Numbered from the stretch's first letter, positions 45,269 through 53,817 are shown. The stretch: DNA of 64,000 nucleotides from an uncultured virus (IMG/VR IMGVR_UViG_3300007171_000076) (IMGVR_UViG_3300007171_000076); one strand, 5' to 3'. Made by a program: numbers and translations. Notes: generated by a model not told the origin, from the sequence alone.

Positions 45269-45279
45269 AGGAAAATAAA

Positions 45280-45513
45280 ATGTTTGATATTTCTTTCGAT
45301 GTTGTTTATAAGCTTAAAATGGGCTTTAAAGTCATTCAAAAACATGATGATGGTGAATCTCATTGGCGAATTGTTGATGGAGAACTTCAATACTGTTTTA
45401 TGCATAAGAATTCAGAGGAATATGATTTTCAAAAGGCTGAAGGCTTAGTCCTTGATCCGAAAGCTAAGTACAGTTTTGAGCCTGAAAAAGTTAATAAAAA
45501 TGAGTGGTATTGA
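45280..45513 (+). CDS. hypothetical protein, weakly DUF2829-like
   Basis: LKMGFKV pattern; first gene of the tandem array; no C-terminal DW. Confidence 0.5.
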   Translation: MFDISFDVVYKLKMGFKVIQKHDDGESHWRIVDGELQYCFMHKNSEEYDFQKAEGLVLDPKAKYSFEPEKVNKNEWY

Positions 45514-45724
45514 AGCACTTAAAAAATTAGAAGAAGGTTATACATTAAGGCGAAAAGCTTGGGAGCCTGATATACTTTGTAGGGCTTATTTTTCTGATGT
45601 TAAAGAAGCCCCAGAATATGTGCCAAATAAACCTGAATTTGAAGGCTATATTAGTTATTTTGATGCTCTTGATAATGGAGATTTCTTTGAAGATGATTGG
45701 GAGATTATAGATGAAATTCTCTGA
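45500..45724 (+). CDS. DUF2829/Tad2-like protein
   Basis: MSGIEALKKLEEGYTLRRKAW...DFFEDDWEII. Confidence 0.7.
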   Translation: MSGIEALKKLEEGYTLRRKAWEPDILCRAYFSDVKEAPEYVPNKPEFEGYISYFDALDNGDFFEDDWEIIDEIL

Positions 45725-45938
45725 AGTAGTTGATTCTTTAATGGAATACAAACATATATCCAGAAGTAGTTGGGCTGATGGTAAATTTTTGTATCTTGAT
45801 AAAGAACAAAATTGGTTTGCTTACCATATAAAAGATGATTGCGAAGAAGATGATTATGAATGCATCACCTATAGACTTAATTTATCACCTGAAGACATAA
45901 TTGCTGATGATTGGGAGATTGTAGATGAAATTCTCTGA
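45711..45938 (+). CDS. DUF2829/Tad2-like protein
   Basis: MKFSEVVDSLMEYKHISRSSW...DIIADDWEIV. Confidence 0.72.
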   Translation: MKFSEVVDSLMEYKHISRSSWADGKFLYLDKEQNWFAYHIKDDCEEDDYECITYRLNLSPEDIIADDWEIVDEIL

Positions 45939-46191
45939 AGTAATTGATGCGTTAATGGAAGGTAAACCAATTTCTCGCACTGGTTGGGAAAATAACAACT
46001 ATATCTTCTATGACAAAGATGACAATTGTTTTGTGTTTGTATATTATCCAGATGACCTAGAAAATAGGTATGAATTGGCATCTGTAGGGCTTGATTTAAG
46101 ACCCCAAGATGTAATTGCTGATGATTGGGATATTGATATTTGGGATGCTGACCATATTGTTGACGCTAACAAAAAGGTAGACGAAGAATGA
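45925..46191 (+). CDS. DUF2829/Tad2-like protein
   Basis: MKFSEVIDALMEGKPISRTGW...DVIADDWDI. Confidence 0.75.
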   Translation: MKFSEVIDALMEGKPISRTGWENNNYIFYDKDDNCFVFVYYPDDLENRYELASVGLDLRPQDVIADDWDIDIWDADHIVDANKKVDEE

Positions 46192-46466
46192 CTGGAATAG
46201 AAGCTTTGTCTCTGTTAAAAGATGGCAAAATATTAAAAAGAACATCCTGGGAATCGAATCAAAAATGTAAAGCTTTAGATTTCTTTGGTGATTGGGTTGT
46301 GATTTTTGTCAAAGAAAAAAATAATAGAATTTCAGATGAAGATTTTAACTCTATCATAAATGGTGCTTTTATAATGGTTGAAAAAAGCTTCAATGACCTA
46401 CGCAATCAACTTGAAGAGATAAATGCAGGTGAATTTTTACATGACGATTGGGAGGTAGTTGAATGA
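46188..46466 (+). CDS. DUF2829/Tad2-like protein
   Basis: MTGIEALSLLKDGKILKRTSW...EFLHDDWEVV. Confidence 0.7.
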   Translation: MTGIEALSLLKDGKILKRTSWESNQKCKALDFFGDWVVIFVKEKNNRISDEDFNSIINGAFIMVEKSFNDLRNQLEEINAGEFLHDDWEVVE

Positions 46467-46681
46467 AATTCTCTGAAGTGGTAGATTCTCTCATGGAAGG
46501 TAAGCGTGTGCGTAAAACAAATTGGGAAAGCAAAACTGCTTATCTTACATATGACAAGGAAGATAACACTTTTGACTTTTGGGAAGTTCTTGATGGAGAG
46601 ACATGTAGGATAGAATATTACTCATCTCTGGATCTTACTCCTAAAGATTTGATGTCTGACTTTTGGGAGGTAGTGGAATGA
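46463..46681 (+). CDS. DUF2829/Tad2-like protein
   Basis: MKFSEVVDSLMEGKRVRKTNW...DLMSDFWEVV. Confidence 0.72.
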   Translation: MKFSEVVDSLMEGKRVRKTNWESKTAYLTYDKEDNTFDFWEVLDGETCRIEYYSSLDLTPKDLMSDFWEVVE

Positions 46682-46896
46682 CTGGAATAAAAGCACTTAA
46701 AGCAATTCGCAAAGGGTATCAAGTGCGAAGGATCCATTGGAAAAAAGGCGAGTATTTGTTTCAGATGCTTGGTGCTTTGGATCAACATAATGAAATAAGA
46801 TGGGGTTTTGGCGGAAGACTTATTTGGAACAATAGAGTTGTTGATGCTACTGAATTTTTGAGTGATGATTGGGAAATTTTAGAATGTCAGGACTAG
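46678..46896 (+). CDS. DUF2829/Tad2-like protein
   Basis: MTGIKALKAIRKGYQVRRIHW...EFLSDDWEIL. Confidence 0.7.
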   Translation: MTGIKALKAIRKGYQVRRIHWKKGEYLFQMLGALDQHNEIRWGFGGRLIWNNRVVDATEFLSDDWEILECQD

Positions 46897-47111
46897 AAGC
46901 ATTAGTGGCTCTCAAGGATGGCAAGAAGATTCGTATGACTAAATGGCCTGAAGGATCTTATATGGAATATGGATATACTTGGGTTCAATATTCTCCCGCT
47001 CTGTGTTGGTATTATTTCAGAAATGTTGATTGTCCACAAGAAGCTCAATACAAACTTCAAGAAATCTTCCATGATATAATGAAAGATAATGACTGGGAAG
47101 TTATCAATTAA
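46884..47111 (+). CDS. DUF2829/Tad2-like protein
   Basis: MSGLEALVALKDGKKIRMTKW...DIMKDNDWEVI. Confidence 0.7.
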   Translation: MSGLEALVALKDGKKIRMTKWPEGSYMEYGYTWVQYSPALCWYYFRNVDCPQEAQYKLQEIFHDIMKDNDWEVIN

Positions 47112-47112
47112 C

Positions 47113-47151
47113 CGCTCGTAATCGCACGTATTCGCACGTAAATCGCTCGTA
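47113..47151. repeat. four tandem CGCWCGTA repeats with 10-11 bp period
   Basis: accgctcgta atcgcacgta ttcgcacgta aatcgctcgta. Confidence 0.85.
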
Positions 47152-47163
47152 TTAGGAAATTAA

Positions 47164-47373
47164 ATGGCTAAATATAGATTAAACTTGTCTTTTGATATTG
47201 ATATTAATCCTGATGAAGAGGAAGAAATATCAGAAGAAGAAATGGCTGATATGCTTCAGAAACTATATAATGATAAGACTGAGCTTCTTGCAACATTGAG
47301 ATACTATTTTGAATTTGAAAAAAGGGCTTATCATGTTGCAATAAAGCCACAGAAAGTATATAGTGACGATTAA
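47164..47373 (+). CDS. hypothetical protein
   Basis: 69 aa ORF with AGGA RBS. Confidence 0.6.
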   Translation: MAKYRLNLSFDIDINPDEEEEISEEEMADMLQKLYNDKTELLATLRYYFEFEKRAYHVAIKPQKVYSDD

Positions 47374-47468
47374 TATTGATATTTTCAAAATATGATAAAT
47401 TTATCGATATAAATGGTATACATATAAAAATATTAGATCAACGTAATAGCTTTTAACACCACATTTCT

Positions 47469-48050
47469 ATGACAGGAAATAAAATTATGATTACAGGACT
47501 TTCTCGCTCAAAACAAATATTATATTTTTTTGAAAAACATCAAGAAAATGAATATAGTACTCAATATATTTCACAATATATTTGTAACAACTTCGATTTA
47601 TCAACAAAAAAATCACCCAAATCTGGAATACCTATGCTTCAACAAATTAATAATGAAGTTTCATCTAATATATCTAAATTTTTAGATCCAGAAAAGTACG
47701 GAACAAAACCTGTATACAATTTTGAACGTATAGAAATAGGAAAAGATTATTTCTATACATACAAGAAAAATGATAAGATGAAATTGCCACAAACTAAAAC
47801 TATAAATAAGATCAATAAGTACAAAACTGATAAAATACTTAGGCCTAAGCAAACAAATTTCAATTTTGAAGAAAAAGAAATTGTATCTGAAAAAAATACA
47901 ACATCAGAAATGGTTAATCAAGATTTTAATAATCCAATAATTGAGATTATAAAAAAAATTGAATCTTTAAATTTGAATCCAATAAATGAATTTTCTTTTT
48001 CTGGAATTGTAAAAGAAAAAAAATTCACAATCACCATAGCAAACTTATGA
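47469..48050 (+). CDS. hypothetical protein (possible N-terminal winged helix)
   Basis: 193 aa, very AT-rich. Confidence 0.55.
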   Translation: MTGNKIMITGLSRSKQILYFFEKHQENEYSTQYISQYICNNFDLSTKKSPKSGIPMLQQINNEVSSNISKFLDPEKYGTKPVYNFERIEIGKDYFYTYKKNDKMKLPQTKTINKINKYKTDKILRPKQTNFNFEEKEIVSEKNTTSEMVNQDFNNPIIEIIKKIESLNLNPINEFSFSGIVKEKKFTITIANL

Positions 48051-48472
48051 ACAAAACTTTAATAATTATGAGAGGTTTGCCTGGGAGCGGTAAATCAACA
48101 AGAGCAAGAGAATTGCAAGGCGAAGGTGTTATTCATGCCACAGATTCGTATTTAACAGACCCTAACACTGGAGAATACAAATTTGATCCAAAGAAGATTA
48201 AAGATTATCATCAGCAAAATTTAGAGGCTGCCATCAAATCTATGGAAGCTGGTATATCTCCTGTCATTATTGATAACACAAATGTTCAGAAATGGGAATT
48301 TCAAAAATATATTAATGCTGCCGAAGAATATGGATATGATGTAAAATTTGAAACATTGGACCCCACAAATTATTCCGAAGATTTCATTAAAGAGCTTGCA
48401 GAAAGACAAAAAAAGACGCATAATGTACCAGAGCAAGTGATTTTAGAAATGCTCAGAAGGTGGGAAGATTAA
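48047..48472 (+). CDS. P-loop kinase (AAA_33 / polynucleotide kinase-like)
   Basis: IIMRGLPGSGKST, IIDNTN, HNVPE.VI..M..RWE. Confidence 0.85.
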   Translation: MNKTLIIMRGLPGSGKSTRARELQGEGVIHATDSYLTDPNTGEYKFDPKKIKDYHQQNLEAAIKSMEAGISPVIIDNTNVQKWEFQKYINAAEEYGYDVKFETLDPTNYSEDFIKELAERQKKTHNVPEQVILEMLRRWED

Positions 48473-48473
48473 T

Positions 48474-48893
48474 ATGGAAAAGATTATTATTCAGACAATT
48501 GATTGTTATAGGCATGATTATTGGAAAGTTAGCCTAGATCTACTCAATGAAATTAATATTATTGATGCTATCACTGAGTATTCTTATCTTGGTAATGGAA
48601 CAGAAGCTTTGAATGAAGAGGGTTTTGCATATCTTGAGATTGATCAGGATTGTGGAACTTTTGATAAGGCCATGAAGTTCTATGGTAAGGAATATGAGCT
48701 AGATTTTGACACATTGCAGAGTGAATTTGATGACAATGAGGTTGATTATCGTGAATGGCTTGAATCATTAGATTGTTTCGATACAGATTTATTGGAAGAG
48801 AAGGGTCTTGCTTGGGAATTAGTACCTAATGATTTGGCTGAAGTACTATATTCAGAGGAGTGTGAAGAAGATGACGAAGAGGAAGATGAGTGA
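48474..48893 (+). CDS. hypothetical protein, paralog of 49066-49479
   Basis: DYWKV...YSYLGNG...G.AYLEID.D shared. Confidence 0.7.
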   Translation: MEKIIIQTIDCYRHDYWKVSLDLLNEINIIDAITEYSYLGNGTEALNEEGFAYLEIDQDCGTFDKAMKFYGKEYELDFDTLQSEFDDNEVDYREWLESLDCFDTDLLEEKGLAWELVPNDLAEVLYSEECEEDDEEEDE

Positions 48894-49017
48894 GGAGAAA
48901 AAACAACGTCTCCGAGAAGCTGGTTGGAATGTAGGTTCAATTGCAGATTTTTTAAAGCTTAGTCCAGAAGAGCAACAAGCAATTGAAAAAAGATTAGAAG
49001 AAGAGCGCAAGAAGTAA
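48886..49017 (+). CDS. 43 aa peptide resembling the N-terminus of XRE-type antitoxins
   Basis: MSEEKKQRLREAGWNVGSIADFLKLSPEE; followed by a terminator. Confidence 0.55.
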   Translation: MSEEKKQRLREAGWNVGSIADFLKLSPEEQQAIEKRLEEERKK

Positions 49018-49032
49018 CTTGCGCTCTTTCTT
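49001..49032 (+). terminator. intrinsic terminator
   Basis: AAGAGCGCAAG/CTTGCGCTCTT stem then a T-rich tail. Confidence 0.6.
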
Positions 49033-49065
49033 ACTTATGATATAATAACTGAAGCGAGGACAATT

Positions 49066-49479
49066 ATGACAGTTTACACTCTTGATACAGGTTTAAACGA
49101 CTATTGGAAAGTTCCGGTTGATTTGCTATGTAAGCTTTCAATTGTAGAGTATATTTCTAATTTTTCTTATATTGGCAATGGTAAAGATATTATCAATCAA
49201 AAAGGCTATGCTTACCTTGAAATTGATGCTGATGTGCTTGTATTTGTTAAAGCAATGAAGTATAATGATTTAGATTTTTCTTTTAATCATGATGTTCTTC
49301 AGAAGGCTTTTAACTTTACTTATAATGACCACGATAGATGGACAAGTAAATTATCTGCTTTTGATGTAGAACTTTTAAAAGATTATACATGGGAGCCAAT
49401 TCCTAATCAGCTTTTAAATGCTATCAATTACAAAGAAGATGATTTGGAAAATTTGACCCTTAAAGATTGTGAGTTATAG
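49066..49479 (+). CDS. hypothetical protein, paralog of 48474-48893
   Basis: DYWKV...FSYIGNG...GYAYLEIDAD. Confidence 0.7.
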   Translation: MTVYTLDTGLNDYWKVPVDLLCKLSIVEYISNFSYIGNGKDIINQKGYAYLEIDADVLVFVKAMKYNDLDFSFNHDVLQKAFNFTYNDHDRWTSKLSAFDVELLKDYTWEPIPNQLLNAINYKEDDLENLTLKDCEL

Positions 49480-49745
49480 TGTCTGACTTTGATATCATTG
49501 AGTTTTTAAAAGAGAAGTATGGTGATAGCTTTATCATCAAAAATAATCGACCTGTTGGAGTATGTGTCTGTAATGGCCAAGGTTCTAAAAGATGTAAGGG
49601 CCTTGGCTTTGAAAAGAATTTTGACAACAGTTTGGAAATGGGGTATTTTTTTACTCCATGTGTGAATTTACGAAGTTTTGAGGAATTGAAGAATGAGGTT
49701 TGTGCAGATAATCAAGAATCTGAAACAAGGGATGAGGGCACGTAG
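49479..49745 (+). CDS. hypothetical Cys-containing protein
   Basis: 88 aa, GTG start overlapping the upstream stop. Confidence 0.55.
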   Translation: MSDFDIIEFLKEKYGDSFIIKNNRPVGVCVCNGQGSKRCKGLGFEKNFDNSLEMGYFFTPCVNLRSFEELKNEVCADNQESETRDEGT

Positions 49746-49947
49746 GAAGTCTTGGGATGAGTCTTTCTGGATTGCTTTAGGAAATACTCAAGAAGATGCC
49801 GAGGGTGAATATGATGAGACGATTTTAAGCTCAAAAGAAATCAATCCTGCTACATTTTTCTTGATTAATTTACATGAAGGTATTGAGCCATTTTGCCCTT
49901 ATCTACAGGACATTGAAGGCGATGATTGGATTATATTGGAGAATTAA
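49693..49947 (+). CDS. DUF2829/Tad2-like protein
   Basis: MRFVQIIKNLKQGMRARRKSW...PYLQDIEGDDWII. Confidence 0.72.
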   Translation: MRFVQIIKNLKQGMRARRKSWDESFWIALGNTQEDAEGEYDETILSSKEINPATFFLINLHEGIEPFCPYLQDIEGDDWIILEN

Positions 49948-50136
49948 ATGGAACAAAAAAAAGATGATTTGTTGATGATGGGATTGCTTTGGTTCACTCT
50001 TGCGGTTGTCATTGTCGTTAATACATGGAATCGTTTTGGAACCTTACCAGCAGAATTTCTTTTAGGCTCTCTTACTGCTTGGAGTCTTGCTTGCGGTATG
50101 AACAAGTTTCGTAAGAATGATTTGGACAATGATTGA
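49948..50136 (+). CDS. small membrane protein
   Basis: 62 aa, two hydrophobic segments. Confidence 0.6.
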   Translation: MEQKKDDLLMMGLLWFTLAVVIVVNTWNRFGTLPAEFLLGSLTAWSLACGMNKFRKNDLDND

Positions 50137-50138
50137 AG

Positions 50139-50585
50139 ATGAGCAAAAAAGACCAAAAATCGACCCCGAAGAAATCAAAAGACTACTTGCAATTATCTAT
50201 CAAGCCCGAAGCACTCAAGAATATAAACTTTAGTGTTGCTGACGAAGTATATGAGAAAGATCCTGAAGCTCGTGAAAAGTATAAGCAACAAAGATTTGAA
50301 CAGGGATTTGATGATACTGAAACTTGGCATATTGACCGTACTTTAGCATTGTTTATTATTCCTAGGCTTAAAAGATTCATTGAGGTAAATAATGGAATTC
50401 CTAATGGTGAGACCGTAGAATCTTATAATGAGAAGTTAAATTTCATTATTAATGCTTTTGAAAATTATTATGCCACGGACAGATATTACCAAAGTACAGA
50501 CAGTGCAGAACGAAAGCAACTTACTGATGATGTGCGAAAAGCTGTAGGAATTCTTTCTAATCTTTGGTTTGAATTGTGGTGGTAA
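50139..50585 (+). CDS. hypothetical phage protein
   Basis: GFDDTETWHID..LA.FI.PRL..F...LWW. Confidence 0.7.
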   Translation: MSKKDQKSTPKKSKDYLQLSIKPEALKNINFSVADEVYEKDPEAREKYKQQRFEQGFDDTETWHIDRTLALFIIPRLKRFIEVNNGIPNGETVESYNEKLNFIINAFENYYATDRYYQSTDSAERKQLTDDVRKAVGILSNLWFELWW

Positions 50586-50588
50586 ATA

Positions 50589-50780
50589 ATGACATTTTGC
50601 GAAGTAACTCAATTACTACAAAAAGACGATAAGGTTTGTAGACATTCTTGGCCAACTTTTCAATATCTATTCGTTAGTCAAGATATTTTATTTACTATCA
50701 ACGACAAGGGAGAGCAAATTTTGTTCTCCCCTAAGCTTTCTGATTTAAAAGCTAATGACTGGAGACCGTATGTTCTTTGA
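50589..50780 (+). CDS. DUF2829/Tad2-like protein
   Basis: MTFCEV...L....KVCRHSW...FSPKLSDLKANDW. Confidence 0.7.
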   Translation: MTFCEVTQLLQKDDKVCRHSWPTFQYLFVSQDILFTINDKGEQILFSPKLSDLKANDWRPYVL

Positions 50781-51015
50781 GGAAATTAAACCATTATTAG
50801 AGCAAGGGGAAGTAGCTAAAAAGTTTGTCAAAAATAGGGAAGTTTACATATTTATGAGAAATGGATTAGTCTACGAAAAAATTCCTGGGTCTCTTTTCAC
50901 GGATAGATATTTCTTTACAGACGGAGATTTTGACACTGATATTTGGATGATTGTGAAAAATCCAGAATATAGATTTTCAGAAGGATTTGAGTTTTTTCAA
51001 GAAAGCGAGACATAA
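50770..51015 (+). CDS. divergent DUF2829/Tad2-like protein
   Basis: MFFEEIKPLLEQGEVAKK...DFDTDIWMIV. Confidence 0.5.
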   Translation: MFFEEIKPLLEQGEVAKKFVKNREVYIFMRNGLVYEKIPGSLFTDRYFFTDGDFDTDIWMIVKNPEYRFSEGFEFFQESET

Positions 51016-51232
51016 ATTGAAATTGTGCTGCACAGATGATAAGACTAAATATAAGGTCATAGAAGTTAAAGGTAAAGATGCAAATAGAATGGCAGAATTT
51101 GGTCTTAATGCTGGTACAAATATTTATGTCATTAGCACTAGTCATGATATAATTCAACTTGAACTAAGAGATTATAAATTAGCTCTTAGAAAATGTGATG
51201 TAGAAAATGTCGAAGTTGAACCCATTATTTAA
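50987..51232 (+). CDS. FeoA-domain protein
   Basis: RMAEFGLNAGT.I.VI...I.LELRDYKLALRK..V..V.V. Confidence 0.7.
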   Translation: MSFFKKARHKLKLCCTDDKTKYKVIEVKGKDANRMAEFGLNAGTNIYVISTSHDIIQLELRDYKLALRKCDVENVEVEPII

Positions 51233-51247
51233 TTGTAGAATATAATC

Positions 51248-51799
51248 ATGACTTGGGAAGATATCAAAAGACAAAAAGAAGATTCTATTAGAGAAAGCAC
51301 AAATAATCCAATGAGTGAATTCAAAAAGGGTGATAAGATCTATAATTCTTATTCTGAGTATTTAAATTCAGAAGAATATAGAGAAATGATTGATCTAGAA
51401 GCTAAATTAAGAACTGAATACAAACAAAAGGCAAAAGATTATTTTGATTCTTTATCTCAAGATGATCAATTACTTATGTTTTTTCATATAACTAATACCA
51501 TCTTTGAAAATTATTATAAAGAAAAAAGTTCTTATCGTGGTTTGCTCTATGATAAATTTGGCTTTTCTCCAGATTCATATTCTTTAGGTATGGATTCAGG
51601 AATGTTCGCTATTCATAATGACTTGACAATTCCCGAAGATAGAGAAGAAATGCTTAGGTTAATTGTCAAATATTTTAATCTTGAACTTGATCCTCAGCAA
51701 ACATATGCATTAAGATATATCCTTCATAATATTTGTTTACCTAATACTAAAATGAAGGATATTATCTACGGACAACTATCTTTTGATTTTGACGAATGA
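51248..51799 (+). CDS. hypothetical phage protein
   Basis: 183 aa; SYRGLLYDKFGF.PDSY..GM.SG. Confidence 0.7.
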   Translation: MTWEDIKRQKEDSIRESTNNPMSEFKKGDKIYNSYSEYLNSEEYREMIDLEAKLRTEYKQKAKDYFDSLSQDDQLLMFFHITNTIFENYYKEKSSYRGLLYDKFGFSPDSYSLGMDSGMFAIHNDLTIPEDREEMLRLIVKYFNLELDPQQTYALRYILHNICLPNTKMKDIIYGQLSFDFDE

Positions 51800-51801
51800 C
51801 T

Positions 51802-51829
51802 AAAAAACCCCTCTCTATGAGGGGTTTTT
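51802..51829. terminator. bidirectional intrinsic terminator
   Basis: AAAAAACCCCTC...GAGGGGTTTTT between convergent genes. Confidence 0.8.
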
Positions 51830-51831
51830 GT

Positions 51832-52677
51832 TTATCTTCCTGTAAATAAACTTTTTAATTTATCAACACCTTTATTGATAAGAGATTTTTTAGGGTTAAT
51901 TTTTTCATAAGCTTCAGCAGCACCTTTTTGAATATAATCTGGAAGAGCAGATGGAAGATTTAATTGAAATTCGAATTCATGTAATTCTTCATCTCCAATA
52001 TCATCCATCCTAGTGTCCATATCAACAACTCTTCCTTGATCATCTGTGAAAACTTTTTTTATTCTTTTGCCTTTAACAGGTATAAGCCACCCTTGTTTGA
52101 CCATATTTTTAATCATAGGCCAAGATGTCGTTTTTCTAGCTGATCCTATAATTGAAAATCCTTGAGATTGATAAGGAATTAAAAGCTTATATAATCTGTC
52201 TAAAGCTATCATTAAATTTGTTTTTCTGTTCCCTGGAATGACTGTAAGATCTTCTACTTCTATTTTTTTCTTTCTGTTATTAACTGATAATATAAAATAA
52301 AATATTCCATTCATACCATCTACAATATATTTATCATTATCATCATCTATAAGATATTCATCAGCTTTTTGTCTTATTTCTTTGATGATTTTGTCCCTAG
52401 CAGGTTTAGGTATTAATTTTTGTTGTTCTGGAGTCATGTACACATAAGATGGTATTTCCAAATCTGAAAATACATGAAAATCGGGAGGATATACATCTGA
52501 CTCCATTTTTATCAAATCATTTGGTTTAAACGAAGTATTTACCCAATCTAACTTTTCAACAATTGGTTCGCCTTCAGGGGTTTTAGCAATCTTTTGTAAT
52601 ACTTTGTCATTAATGTCAGCTTGCTTAAAATTTCCTACTGATTCATGATATTTACAGCTAGAAAGAATAATTTTCAA
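51832..52677 (-). CDS. hypothetical protein
   Basis: 281 aa, TTG start after GAGGT; N-terminus ..HESVGNFKQADINDKVLQKIA. Confidence 0.7.
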   Translation of the reverse strand: MKIILSSCKYHESVGNFKQADINDKVLQKIAKTPEGEPIVEKLDWVNTSFKPNDLIKMESDVYPPDFHVFSDLEIPSYVYMTPEQQKLIPKPARDKIIKEIRQKADEYLIDDDNDKYIVDGMNGIFYFILSVNNRKKKIEVEDLTVIPGNRKTNLMIALDRLYKLLIPYQSQGFSIIGSARKTTSWPMIKNMVKQGWLIPVKGKRIKKVFTDDQGRVVDMDTRMDDIGDEELHEFEFQLNLPSALPDYIQKGAAEAYEKINPKKSLINKGVDKLKSLFTGR

Positions 52678-52734
52678 TTTATTTACCTCAGATTATTATT
52701 TAACACAAAATCCAATTTAAAACCTTTTGTACAA

Positions 52735-52836
52735 TTATGGCCAAAGCAAAATTAATATCGGTAAAATTAACAAAATTAGGCTTAAAAATACGATTAAAAC
52801 AATCAATATTTCTAATACTTTTAAATTTTGCTTCAT
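52735..52836 (-). CDS. small hydrophobic peptide (33 aa)
   Basis: AGGAG RBS; MKQNLKVLEILIVLIVFLSLILLILPILILLWP. Confidence 0.45.
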   Translation of the reverse strand: MKQNLKVLEILIVLIVFLSLILLILPILILLWP

Positions 52837-52955
52837 TGCATTGCTCCTAATTTATTATTCTGTTTAATTCAAAAAATATCCCCAAAAAAATTTCACAAAT
52901 CAGAGAATAAGGGATTTTAAAACGGTACAATAGAAGCGTATCGGAGGTTAATTAA

Positions 52956-53276
52956 ATGCCAAAACTTAAGAAGAACTCGACCACTCCCGTCTCTGGTTAC
53001 ATGTATATGACTGAGACAGAATTTTACAATCTTGAAAATGCAGCTCGTAAAGATGATAGCCTAAAGAGCTTCATGGATGTATTTGCTTTTCATCGTACTA
53101 CACAAACCAATGTAACCAATCAGAAGTATATTGAAGCAGCGAAGAAGCTTTATTACACAGAGGATGAAATGTTCCTTGTTGATGATGATGCTAATGTTTC
53201 TATCACAAAGGACGGAGCATATGTTCAAGGTTGGATGTGGGTAGGAAAGAACCAATTGAATAAGAAGAGAGGATAA
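52956..53276 (+). CDS. hypothetical protein
   Basis: 106 aa with GGAGGT RBS. Confidence 0.7.
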   Translation: MPKLKKNSTTPVSGYMYMTETEFYNLENAARKDDSLKSFMDVFAFHRTTQTNVTNQKYIEAAKKLYYTEDEMFLVDDDANVSITKDGAYVQGWMWVGKNQLNKKRG

Positions 53277-53277
53277 T

Positions 53278-53817
53278 ATGGCTGGCAGAATGCATTGGTA
53301 TGCTGTTCATGTCATGACTCAAAAGGAAAAGTCTGTTAAAGATTATTTAGATAAGAGAATTAATACTGGAAATCTAACTAAGAAAATTGCAGAAGTGTTT
53401 ATTCCTCATGACATTGAAACGCAAAATAAAAATGGAAAGAAGCAAATAGTACAAAAGAAAGTATATCCAGGTTATGTTTTTGTAAAGATGGTGCTAGATG
53501 AAGAAACTTGGCCTATCGTAAGACAAACACCCGGAGTGACAAATTTTGTATCATCTGGAGCTAGGAAACCAAATATTATTCCTGAATCTGATATTGCTGA
53601 CATGAGAGCTCTTGCAAATCCTGAGAACTTAAATAAACTCAAGAATAAATGGGCTAAAGATATGATGGTGAGAATTAATTCTGGACCATTCTCAGACCTC
53701 CAAGGCAAGATTCAGGATGTAAATGAAGATAAGGAAAAACTCTATGTAGTGATTACACTTTTTGGGCGAGACCAGCCTGTTGAAGTGCCATTCTCTTATG
53801 TAGAAAAGTTGACATAA
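53278..53817 (+). CDS. nusG: transcription termination/antitermination factor NusG
   Basis: WYAVHV, YPGYVFVKM, VRQTPGVTNFV, KOW domain VRINSGPF..L.G.I, LFGRDQPVE. Confidence 0.93.
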   Translation: MAGRMHWYAVHVMTQKEKSVKDYLDKRINTGNLTKKIAEVFIPHDIETQNKNGKKQIVQKKVYPGYVFVKMVLDEETWPIVRQTPGVTNFVSSGARKPNIIPESDIADMRALANPENLNKLKNKWAKDMMVRINSGPFSDLQGKIQDVNEDKEKLYVVITLFGRDQPVEVPFSYVEKLT

